This document shows, piece after piece, positions 27,504-39,197 of a DNA stretch of 64,000 nt. The notes under the pieces were generated by a model, which did not search any database, was not told where the DNA came from, and was given only the letters and a program-made list of their open reading frames with translations. This DNA comes from Euprymna scolopes. Lineage: Eukaryota. A program made the position numbers and the translations under genes. Position 1 is the stretch's first letter. Each line of letters begins with the position of its first letter. The DNA lies in NCBI GenBank assembly GCA_053919585.1, contig CM132808.1. The stretch is one strand, 5' to 3'.

Positions 27504-29699
27504 GGTAAAATTTTCCTTTAAGGCCGTTTCATCCTAGAAGATAGAAATATATTTTTCTTGTAGATTTCGTTGTGCTAAAAACGAATCTGTGTTTCCATCA
27601 CAGAGAAAAAGTCATGATATGAAGAAATTACTTTTTGAAAGAGTGGGTGATCACTTTTCTATATAAACTTTACTTAAAATGAGCACCCACTTTCTGGCCA
27701 CTTAGTGAATGGGCGGCATTTTTTTTGTTTGTTTTTTGGCTAAAAAGGTTTTGTTTTTTTCTTTCAATAAAGACGAGGACATTGAAGAACAAAAAAAAAA
27801 TCAAAAATCTGTATGCAAGTATGTGTAATTTCTTATGTTATCAGTGGTGATCATTTCTGTATGCGTAAGCGCGTGCATATTTTTGCATGTCTTATGTAAA
27901 ATTTCAAATGTTTAGACCCAAAATTGGCTGAATAGTTTGTTAGAGACCGCAAAGGTCAAATCTTTTGAACTTTGACCACTTAGCACCCAAATTTTCAGCC
28001 AAAAACCGATTAAAAAGCTTGCCTTATGTCAGAATGAACTTTATGCAAAATTTCAAATGTTTAAACCAAAAATTGGCTAAGTAATTTGGTAGAGACTGCA
28101 GGTTAAATTTTTTAACTTTGACTCCTTAACATTTATTTTGGACTCAAATCAAAAAGTTTGATCCCTGTCCAAGAAACCTACATCTAAAATTTTAAGTGTT
28201 TAGACCCAAAATTTCACACTTTTACAAACTTTTTTACGTTGGCTTTAACTCTTTTCATGAATGAAAAAAAAAAAAAAAAAAAAGTAACTAAACCATTTAT
28301 TGATAATTTGTCACTTTTACAAACATTTACATTGGCTTAACTCTATGAATATTAAAAAGAAAAACGTTATTAAACATTTAATTTCTCACTTACATTTTTA
28401 ATTTACATGAGCAGAACTTTTTGGTAAATATTTACATTTAGGTCCATCGCCACAACTCTTTTTAAACAACGACTTTTCTTGATAAATAAAATCTACTTCT
28501 CGGCAACGGACATTGAACTCCCCTTTAAAAAAAAAAAAAAAAAAAAAATTTGCAGATGGGTATGCTGACAAATATCAGTTAAATTTTGCAAATATTTTTT
28601 TCACCCCCGCCCCCTCCAAATGGTGTTTATTCTGAAATCCGTTCTTAACATGGGGAGGTTGAGGGTGTTTATTTTGAAAGCCGTTCTTAACATTTGTGAA
28701 GGTGGACCTAATGTAAAAAAAAAAAAAATAATAATAATAATTAAACCATTTACTGGTAATTTCTCACTTTTACAAATATTTTTTAATTTACATGCGCGGA
28801 TGAAGAACATCGTTGAGTGGTGCGAAAACAAAGCATTTTTGTAATAAACTTTGGGTTTGTTTTACTATACACATAAACAAAAATATAACAAACGTCATCA
28901 AAGTCAAGAGAAGTTAATTTTCTACCTAATTGGACAAGTTTTTTGTGTTTTTCTTTAATGTAAAATGTTTATTCAGTTCGAAAATCCAGTAATGTTGAAT
29001 GCTGCCGGGGAACAAAAGATGGCTGCGATGTGTTTGAAGACTCAATAATCAATTCAAAATAAAAACTAAACAAAATGGTGATAGAAAGCCACCCAATAAA
29101 TGTCCGGATTATATTTCTTTACTACTTTTACAAACTATTTACTCACGTTGATTTATTTAATCAATTTTTTTTTTTTGCACCATTCAAAATTTTTAAATTA
29201 TAAAATTAAAATAAATTAAAAAGAAAACTAAACAATTATTTTTTTTTTTTTATTACCATATTTATTAAACTTTTTTTCTTTTTTTTTTTTCCGGAGTTTA
29301 TGTACTTATTAACAGGAAAATTGGTGAATGTTATTTTCAAGTTTAAAGTTTTACGATACCTGCGGTATTTTTCTTTTTAACTTTACTTTTATTTTGCCAT
29401 AACAAAATGAAAGCAAGCTAAAACAAAACAAATTTGGTGTTTATGCACTTACGTTACCGTTATTTAGTTAGTTATTTTTTAATGGTTTAAGTGCTTACCT
29501 CAATGTTTGAATTTTTTTTTTTTTTTTTTTTTTAAAGGAAAATTGTTGAAAGTCAAAATTAGCACTTGTGGCGATAAACAAAAAGCTTTAGCGAGTACTA
29601 CCTCTCATGGAATGTCGTAGATCGAAACAAATGTTATTTCGTGCTAGTTTTTAATTAATATTTTCAAGTTTGATTAAAGTTTAACTTTTTATTAAATTG

Positions 29700-31153
29700 T
29701 GTAAGAAATTTCTTTCTCACACACTCAATTTCCTGCAGAAGCAACTGTATTCCACAAACAAAAGCCATACCTTTAGACTCAATTTATTCACAATGTAACA
29801 GCAATTAAAGTTCTTTGGTTCTGGTATAGTCCTTTGCAAAACGATGGCCCGATTTGCCCCCATACACATGGAGCCTTTAGTATGAATTCCTATTGTTGGA
29901 ATGTTAGTTCATTGTTCCTTTGGAAGGATCCATGATGATCATGGCGAACACGGCAGGAATGATGGCACCTATAATCAGGCATAATGTGAGCCCTTGGGAC
30001 TCAAGAAGAAATAAGATAAGATCCAATATTTGGAAAATAACATGCCGAGCAGTAGTAGAATGCCATCCTTGATTTGAACAGGTTCAGGAAAATAAGTTGT
30101 CTCTGCTTGTTGAGATGTGTCCTTCGTTCATCGACTGTTTAGTATCCAGGAAGGAATTGGATTGGTTCCCTAGTGAGGGAACCGCTGGTTTGAGTATACC
30201 GTTCCATGTTCTTTCGTAGACTGAAAAATAAATGCATGAATACAAAAAGGCACCAAGTCAAATCATCTGACACATTCAAATTTAAACCACAGACAAGCTA
30301 CTAGAATTGTATGGCCGGCCTAAAAGAAAGATGGTGGTTGTATGTGGAATTTCTCACACACTGCCAAGGAGGAGAGGAAAAAGTAATGGATGATCATTAC
30401 CCCCCCCCCCAATACAAGTTAATTACAACTTTAATTCAATTAAATTTTTTTTAATATTAATATGTGTGCCACTGTCTGTTGTCAATTTTCAGTTTAAAAT
30501 TCAAATTCTCATTCATCCAGACATTAGCTAATTTCCACTATATGGACTGACCCGAGGAGCTTCATCCTTACAACTAGAACAAAGCCACTCCCCTAAGGTA
30601 TCTTGCCGATTAATTCCTACGCAGCTGAAATAGTACCAGCTGTCACAGGAATCGCAGAATACCGTTGGCGATGTACCATCATTAGGAAGAGAACAGGTTG
30701 GACAGAAAAAGGGACCTTCTATAAACTCAGTTGATACAATATCATCATTACCCTTAATTTCCAAGGGCCCAAGATTTAAGGAATGGACCTGTTCGCACCC
30801 ATTCTTAAGAACAACCGTGGAACGAACATTGTCGCTTCCAGTAATTAATTTGATTATTTTACCAAGATTTCAAAATTGTCTGGTTTTGTCTTAGTACTAT
30901 CTCTCTAACAGATAATTTGGGGGCACAATTGCTCCCGATTTTGGCACTGATTTCTCTTAATGACAAGAGGTAATCATTATGCCAGATACGATCGAATTTT
31001 TCAATAAATTCATTCCTCATTTCGAGGGAATGTAATAAGGCAGTCCTATTTGGAGTGTCAGGACATATTTCAGCATCATAATTATTAATAAACAAACGAG
31101 GTTGATACCCTGTTTGAAGAAAATGATTCGGAATTAAAATACTTAAGTCTTGT
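29700..31153 (-). mobile_element. BEL/Pao LTR retrotransposon 3' fragment: integrase C-terminal (DUF5641-like) region, PHD finger, PPT and 3' LTR
   Basis: LIPNHFL, FDRIWHNDYLLSLRE and LGKIIKLITGSDNVRS...PLE are typical BEL/Pao tail motifs. Stop at 30528, G-run PPT at 30400-30410, putative LTR 30396-29700 (TG...TTACA, with AATAAA). Confidence 0.82.
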
Positions 31154-31803
31154 CTGGAACATAGAATTTTCAAAAAGTAACGCACCGACATTTACCAATT
31201 AGAACACCATTTAACATTTTCCGAAGATTTTACTGTGTATATTGGGGGCGCGAGCGGATGTGATGTTGGGGCGCTCGCGCCCCCAATGTACACAGTAAAA
31301 TCTTCGGATAAATGTTAAATGGTGTTCTAATTGGTAAATGTCGGTGCGTTACTTTTTGAAAATTCTATGTTCCAGGTAAAAAAAAAAAAATAAAAATAAA
31401 AATAAAATAAATAAATTACCACCCCCCCTACTCCAACTTGGAGTGCTTTCTTTTTCTTGGTTTATTTCTTTTTCAGCTAATTTTAAATTTTCCACCCAAA
31501 AAGTGCTATAATATATTTTTGAAAATGAGAAAATTCTATGTCCTGGAAAAAGAAATCCCCCCCCCCCCCACAACATAGTTTGTTTGGTGAAGCCGTCGTT
31601 TATGCTACAGCGTGCATGCGCGTAGCATAAACGGAAGCTGCGAAATGGTGAAAAGTAGTTCGTGGGTTCAGGGGTAAATACCATGCAAACGGTAAATTTG
31701 CCCCAAGTTTGACTATCAGATTCGTTGTCAGCGATCTCAATTACCTATAAAAAAACAAATTAGAGTGGTCGGTGTTCTGTAGTAGCGTATCTGGATATTT
31801 ACC
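31154..31803. mobile_element. Family G foldback element: central palindrome (31154-31375) plus right arm; left arm missing
   Basis: Near-perfect inverted arms of about 100 bp around 31260. Right end ...GGTCGGTGTTCTGTAGTAGCGTATCTGGATATTTACC is shared with 44477-45083. Confidence 0.75.
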
Positions 31804-32458
31804 ATTATTTGTAGAAAGAATCAATAATTTCGAAAAATTCGAAAATTCTTTGATATTCTTCCGCGTATATATTGGGGTGGGTGGGGGTGTGGGGTTTAAT
31901 TTGCGCCGGAAGTTATATTTTTTTATAGCACCCACCCAGCCACCGGTTACACGCGCCAAGGAACATTTGCCAACAACGGATATAATGTAAGTATTATTTT
32001 GACGTTTTTTATCATTCTGATTCCGACTTATCCCCCCCCCCCCCCAAAAAAAAAGTAATTTGTCCGCCACTGAAGAAAAAGAATTGTTTTGAAAAAAAAA
32101 AAGTCTTTCCGAGATTATTAATGCTATTCCAACTTAACCGAAATTTTCCGCCAAACATTACTATTGCTCTGTGAAAAAGCCGTCAGGTACGCGAGTGCGC
32201 GCGCGATTCCGCCATTGAAAAAAAGCTCGCTTATGTTTCCGCGTACTTCCAACATTCCGCGGTTCATACCATGCAAATGGTAAATTTCCGACGGAAACGG
32301 TTTTCATATTCTTTTTCAGCACACTGAAATCTACAAAAAAAATTTTTTTTTTCTTTAAGAACGTGAGAGGGGCCTTAAAGTAAAATTTTACCTAAAAAAG
32401 TTATTGGTCGGTGTTCTGTGGTAGTTAAAGTAAACATCTTTTTTTTTTTCAACAGCGG

Positions 32459-32491
<33 letters not shown>

Positions 32492-34632
32492 ATGATACCG
32501 AGCAAATGGTTTTATTTTTAGGAACACAAGCTATTATTAAAGATGGGGAAGGAGTGTCGCGCTTTAGAGTTATTTCCGTTGCGCGTTCAAAAAAATTTCC
32601 AAGATATCTATTTTCAACGAGCTATCATAAAAACGTTTTCCTCCCGCTTGTAAAAAGTACTCGATCAAATTAAGTGATTTTTTTTTCAGAGTTCTTCAGT
32701 CCAAAACAGATACGTACAATATAAACTGAGATTATTTTGTGTTGTGTTCATTAAACTGGACAAGTGCCTTTTCTTTCATCGGATTTCATCATGCGGATGA
32801 AAACACTACGACTAACTTAGTCGTAAAAGTCAATTTTGATATTTAATTCTCTCTCACCGCACTTACGCCATTGACCTGCAAGAAGTGCTTGGGCAGCTCC
32901 GTTAGCATTAAACCTGAAATACCTGAAACTAATCCCTTCTCAAAGAGAAGGCAAGCCGTAGGGTAAATGTTTACTTTAACTACAACAGAACACCGACCAA
33001 TAAAATTTGTTTTTGGGGTCGCTAACCAGGGTTGCCAGACTTTTAAAAATATTTAAAGCCAAATTTTGCAGGAAAAAAAAAAAGCCAAATTCTAAAGCAA
33101 AACCACAATTTTTAAGTTAAAGAAAAAAAAGCCAAATTGAAAATTAAAGAAAAATTGACTATATTGAAGTTTTTAGCTCCTATATTGGATGTATTTTTTT
33201 TACTATATTAGTTTTGTAGTATTTTTATTGACAAAGATGTTACCTATGAAATTGAAACTGAAAAATATACCCCCTCCGAACACATTTTTAAGTAAAAAAA
33301 GGCCAAAAAAATGCCAAATTGGAGATTAAAGAAAAATTGACTATATTGAAGTTTTTAACTAAATTCTGCAGTTTTTCCTGTATTAGTTTTGTAGTGTTTT
33401 TATTGACAAAGATGTTACCTACGAAATTGAAACTGAAAAATATGCTCCCCCTCCTCCAAGCATATTTTCAGTTTTAATTTAACAGGGAATGGTTTTTAAT
33501 AATCTCATTACAATAAATTATACAGTTTAGATATGTTAAATATTATACAAGAAATCATTGAAGAATATTTAGTATTATTTTAATATTAAATAATTTAAGG
33601 AAAAGTTGGTAAATTTGTAAATGAGAACTTTAGAGGCCCCCCCCCAACGAATAGATCTACTTTTTTAAACAATTACGTTTGTATATCTTAGAAAAACCTG
33701 TGTATTTTTGAATTTAGAGTGAGAGATCAGTCTCAGATATAAACAGAGTGATCACCCATTTTAACATAGCATTTTAAGGGCATATAACCAGAATTTAATC
33801 TGCGAAAGGAGATATACAAGATTATTAACTTAAATTATTTAAATATAACATTTTCACATGTTATTTTTCTTTAACATCCTCCAGTACGATTTAAAAATAT
33901 ATAGACTTATGTTTCACAGTGTGAATTTATTTATCTAAATATTTTTTAATTCCCTTAAAAATATATCAAAGAGGCTACGGTTTCAATTTCATAAAGAAGG
34001 ACTTTGCATTAAGAAAATAAAACAGAGGAAAAACAAACATTTGAGAGTCAACATCTTCAATATAGCTGAAAAATGTGTTCAAAATACTTTTCATTAATTA
34101 CTATCACAGATTGGATATAACGACAAACACAAAAATCATGAGAGAATGAAGAAGTGAGTTGGGCTTTTACATAAATGAGGTTGAACTCATTCAGTTTATT
34201 TTTAGAAATAAAACGAATATTGAATTAAAACACAGCTATGAACATAAATGTTTGTGATAGTTCATGTGAATAGAATGTCAGAGCAGAGGTAAATGTGGTA
34301 GAAAGGTAACAGAAATATAACTTGTCCAAAAAGTTCAGTTTTTCTGATTTGTTTATATATACATGAAAGATGCAGAATCGCAAGTCTGTAGAATTGAATG
34401 TAACATTTTCAAATGGAGTAAAATGACATTGTATAAAAGGCACATATGAACATATATATTATTTATAACAATGCAAAAGAACTTATTTAAATTTGGTCAA
34501 TGGTAGAAAATAGAAACACAATTCTTCCTGAAAATAAAAAGTAATAAGTTGAAAATTCATGGCAAATAGTGGAGAACTTCTAAATACTTAATTTCATCAT
34601 TATTTATGGTTTCTTCTTGACTATAAAGGTTA

Positions 34633-36512
34633 TCACTTGTGTAGCTGTATCATTTTAGTTGTGCATATAAAGTCTTTGCAACAAATTCCATTATATAAAA
34701 GGTAAGAACGAACTCTTACAATAGCATCCAGTACTTTACTTTGCATTCTGTTACGAGGTTTTGTTCTGATAGCAGTAACTAAAGAAAACATTCTTTCAAC
34801 AGTTGCATTACTTGCGGGGGTTATTAGGCATGTTAAAGCATGTGCTGCAAGTTCCTTAAAATGATCATGTTTAGCCACACCTTGCCAGAATTTAAGAGAA
34901 TCTGGGGGGATGCCATTCTCTGCAAAATACGGTTCTTCACACCATTCTACCAAACAAACCTTTCTGTATTGTGCCTCGATAATAGAATTATTTTCCATAA
35001 TATGTTGAAATGGCAAATCTTCAAACTTTGCTCTTAATCTTTGTCCGGGTTTAAAAATGAGAGCCCTTTAAATAGGTTGACAGCGTCAGGAAGTCTTTTT
35101 TCTACTTGATGTAAGGCTTCTTGTAACATAGCTTGACATCTCAATTTCACTTTTATTTGAGTTTTTGTCCACTTATGTGCCAGCAGTTAATGTAAAGTTA
35201 TTAATTTCTTGAATGAACTTGGCACCAAAGTCAACATTTTCTAATGTTTTATATGTTCCATCTTTGTTCAAAAGCCTTTCGTATAAACTCTGGTGATGCA
35301 TCATCAATTCTTTCGACAGTTCATGTGGATCACTGTTTTCTTGTTGAAATGTTGAATTTATCATTTCAAATTCCTGGACAACAGGAGTTGCAAACAAAAA
35401 AATAAAAATTTATCCTATCTGCCAGCATTTCTTTTAAGAGACGACATTTGTATTTTGCACTAATACTTAACTTTGCTTCACAAGTGCTAAAATAACCTAA
35501 TAATTCCTCCCAGTTCATCAAAATGTTATATAAAACTTTGCCTCTTACTAGCCATCTTGTTTTAGATAAAGTTTGAAATGGAAGAGAAACATTTCCTTCG
35601 TTTACAAGATTCATTATTTTAAATAAACTCTTGAATTCTTCTCGTCTAATGGCACTATTACTGAACCATAATGACACTTCAGTTAAAAGAAAACCAACAT
35701 TAGCAGGCAACTTTGAGAATGCATGTTCGATGCAAAGACTCAAAGAATAACAGATGCATTTCATCTGAATACAATCTGGTGATTCAATCTTAATTCGTGA
35801 CCACACTGAATTTTTACTGCCAACCATAGAAGCTGCGCCATCACTAGCAAATCCTATACAGTTTTTAAGAATTTGGCCAAAATCAGTTATTTCTTCAACT
35901 ATTTTGTCAAACAAAACATGTGCAGTAGTTTCAATTACTGGTACAATAGACAGAAAAGCTGTTTGAATTTTTGTTCTTATTACAATAAAATTTAACAAGA
36001 ATACGTAAATGTTTTTGCGTCGCTACATCAGTCGATTCATCCATAAGTAAAACATTTCGTCTTTCAAATCATTTTTTAGTTCATCTTTTAGTGCAGCCGA
36101 AATCACATTTTTAATTATCGCAGTGCACTTAGTTCTATGCACGTTTATATTCTCTAGAACACTTTTTTCACCATATTTTTTCACAATCGTCAATATGGTA
36201 AATTGAACTAATTGAAGAATGGCAAGCTGTAATTAAACTAAGTTTTATTTCTGCTTCCTTTTCTTGATCATTTGATTTGGTACGTATAAAATTATCAAGA
36301 GAACGTTGAGAAATATTCCTGTTTGGTGTTTTATCTTGATGTTTTGTTTTTTCGTGTGCTAAAATACTGCATTGCTTTGGTAAAACTGTCACTTTGCACA
36401 ACACACAGTATGCTCGCCGACCATCATCGGCACTTTTGAGCCATGGATATGATTTTTCCCAGGCTTTATTGTATTTACGTCCAGTATCATAACTATTTTT
36501 CCACTTGGGCAT
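34633..36512 (-). pseudogene. hAT transposase pseudogene (frameshifted)
   Basis: N-terminal Zn finger (YPWL...AYCVLCK...HEKTKH), LMDESTD, ASDGAASMVG, CICYSL (CxxH decayed), KTRWL, and the dimerisation domain PASNATVERMFS...RNRM, split over several frames. Confidence 0.9.
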
Positions 36513-37064
36513 TTTGAAGAGATAACGAAGACAAGAAATTAATATTGGTCCTCTGTCCAATTTAAAGGCTGTGCGTGTATGTGTGTGTGTGTGTCACTAA
36601 CCTTTGTTGCTGATAGTAGTAGTAACTTGTTTCTTATTGAGTTGATGTTAGCAACTGTTGACTTTAAGTAGTGGCAACTCCAGTGAGTAAAAACTCAACT
36701 GTCATATTCGGTCAGCTAGCTGTTGTTTATATTGGAATCAGCTGAATTCAAAAGAATAACAGACAAGTCATTTTCATTGGTTAAGTATTCATGATTTCAC
36801 ACCTAAATGTTAAATCCTGAAGTGGATACACCATGCTGTGATCTGGTCGAAAACTGTATCTGTGTGCCCCTAATATGGTCTACTTGAAAAGGAAAAGGGA
36901 AGAGTAAGCTTAAGAATGAGAAAGGAAGAGGGTAGTAATAGCTATAAAACCATTTTATCAGGTCACATTTGACTAAATTTCTTTTGCAAGTATGGACTTC
37001 AAAATTTATAGAATTAAAATAATTATTTAAGTTTTCAGTTTTCCATTTCAATAAATATTTGATT

Positions 37065-37108
<44 letters not shown>

Positions 37109-37130
37109 CTTGAGGCATTTGGTGGTCTAG

Positions 37131-37173
37131 CCGCACTGATGAGCTGTAAATAGCGAAACAGTACCATATGTGA
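37131..37173 (+). ncRNA. Degenerate minimal type I hammerhead ribozyme in a short insert flanked by (TA)n
   Basis: CCGCA-CTGATGA-GCTGTAAATAGC-GAAAC-AGTACC-ATA-TGTGA. Both core boxes and stem II are intact; stems I and III are mismatched. Confidence 0.55.
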
Positions 37174-37205
37174 ATGAGATGACATATATATATATATATA
37201 TATGA

Positions 37206-38662
37206 GGGTGCTCAGTAAAAATGGCACTTGTAAAAATGGCAAAAGTGAATAAATAGATAAAAATGGCACTTTAACAATGGAAAAGTAGGACCGTTCAAGA
37301 AGTGCTGGCTAATCTCTCATTTCTCTAAAACTTGGTCAAGTTAGGTTCAATTTCTGTAGAAGTACCGACAAAATTATAACGTTTTACTTCATTATTTATT
37401 TGTAATAATCTGAAAAAGTCAAAATAAAATTTTACCGCTGCCATATTTACCTGAATTTAATTATTTTTTTTTTTTTTTTTTTTAAATCTTGAAAATAGAA
37501 ACTTAATTCAACGATTTAATCGCTGGCAGCCACTGCTTTTAATTTTTCTGTACTAAAATAATTTTTATTTGTTAAAAACATGTTATTATACAGAAAATTG
37601 TCAAAATTGATCTATAAACGTTCATTTACAAATAAGTAAATGAAACGTTTAATAATAGGAATGTTGGGTAAAGATCATTTAGAACACCTATTAACATTTT
37701 GAAATATAAAAACAATTAAGAGTTGCAGCATGTTAAAATTATACCGTCGATAGATAATTAAGTCCTACTGCATTTGGTATAAGTAATTTATTTTGTTTGT
37801 TTTTTGTTTAAAGATTAGGATAATTATTGAGTGGAATTTAATTATTTTATCATAGTTTTATGATTTGAAAATACGTAAAATTGGGGAGATAAGATTTTTG
37901 CCTAATGCATAATTATATCAAAGAGTTTTCTTGTTAATTTATTTGGAACTGATATTTTCACCTGTGTATTTTTAGGGACAAGCTCCAGGATAACATTAAG
38001 TTTGTCAAATTAAAATGAAATTATATCTATATTTTAAAGTAGATGAGGACCCTCAGCTATCCCTCCTAAAAATGTAATTCTACTTTTTTAAAAGATTACG
38101 TGTGAACATCTAGAAAAGGAATATTTTATAATTTAAATTAGTTTCGCATATAAATTATACATAAAATGATCTTTCATTTTCGGGCCATCATAACTTTTTA
38201 GGGTAGTTAACTTTTTTCTATCTCTAAGTCTGACTGGCAAAATTGTAAAACCAAATGAAATTGCCTTAAAAAGTAAAAGGCACAGAATTTATCTCCCATA
38301 GTCAAAATTATATACCCCAATTTAGAAGAATTCTTTCCTCGACTAAGGACAGACTAGATAAAGTTAGGTCATCAGAGCAGGTACTAAACTACACTTTAAT
38401 ATAAGCATTGATTGACAACGGGGACAGATTACATAAAAAAGATGTTTATTAATGTTTTTTTACGATTATGACATTAGTAACCATTTGGAGTTAGCATCTA
38501 TTTAGTATTACACATGAAATATGAAGAAAACACTTAAAATGAGTAAACATGTGAGTATAATCGACATATTTCTAAGATGACAGCATAATTGAAAAGTAGT
38601 TGGTTATTATCTTAGACTCCACATCTACTTACCATTTTTACTAGTGCCATTTTTTCCATACC
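37206..38662. mobile_element. Mutator/Phantom-like TIR relic with AAAAATGGCAC subterminal repeats
   Basis: Tandem AAAAATGGCAC at the left and GTGCCATTTTT at the right. The internal segment recurs at about 33620-33790 and 53420-53830. No clear TSD. Confidence 0.5.
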
Positions 38663-39197
38663 ATATTTATTGGTACAATTTGTACATAAGTTTCTATTTG
38701 TCAATCATATTCTTAAAAGAATTATGTCAGTCATCAGAAGACCAAATTTAATCAGGGGATTGGAGGTATCAACTTAAAATATCTAAAATATTGATAAATT
38801 TAATTTTAGTCATAACTCAAAAACTAGACTGTTTCCAAGAACAATCTATGCGTCATTATTAAGGCAAATATGTCTATTAATCCAAGATAGTTAGAAAATC
38901 TATAATTATTGACTTTTAATGAAACTTTTGGGACTACTCAGGAAAAAGTATATGAATACTTAAATATTCAGTTTAAATACAACTTTAAATAGCTATAGTT
39001 AAAAGTTTTCAAATTTCTATAAATTCAAAATAAACTGATTCAATTAATTTCAAAACACTACTTTTAAAGAATTTCAAACAAAAAAAAAAATACAAGAATT
39101 AATTTCAGAGGTAATATACTCAGTGACCTAATTGGCAGAGACAAGGCGCCAGCACTAAAAAATGTCCCCAAAATGGTTTCATACTATAAAGAATTTA

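Larger units (their letters stand above)
27504..32392. mobile_element. Large TIR element (family N) containing nested insertions
   Basis: GGTAAAATTTTCCTTTAAGGCC...GTAGATTTCGTTGTGCTAAAAACGAATC at the left matches the reverse complement of about 32305-32392. Internal tandem units of about 130 bp at 27897-28210 and a diverged family-B arm at 28853. No 8-bp TSD visible. Confidence 0.65.

Noticed and set aside
27518-32378. Kolobok/piggyBac reading from TTAA at both ends
   Set aside because: The inverted match continues outward to GGTAAAATTTT, so TTAA is inside the TIR and is not a TSD.
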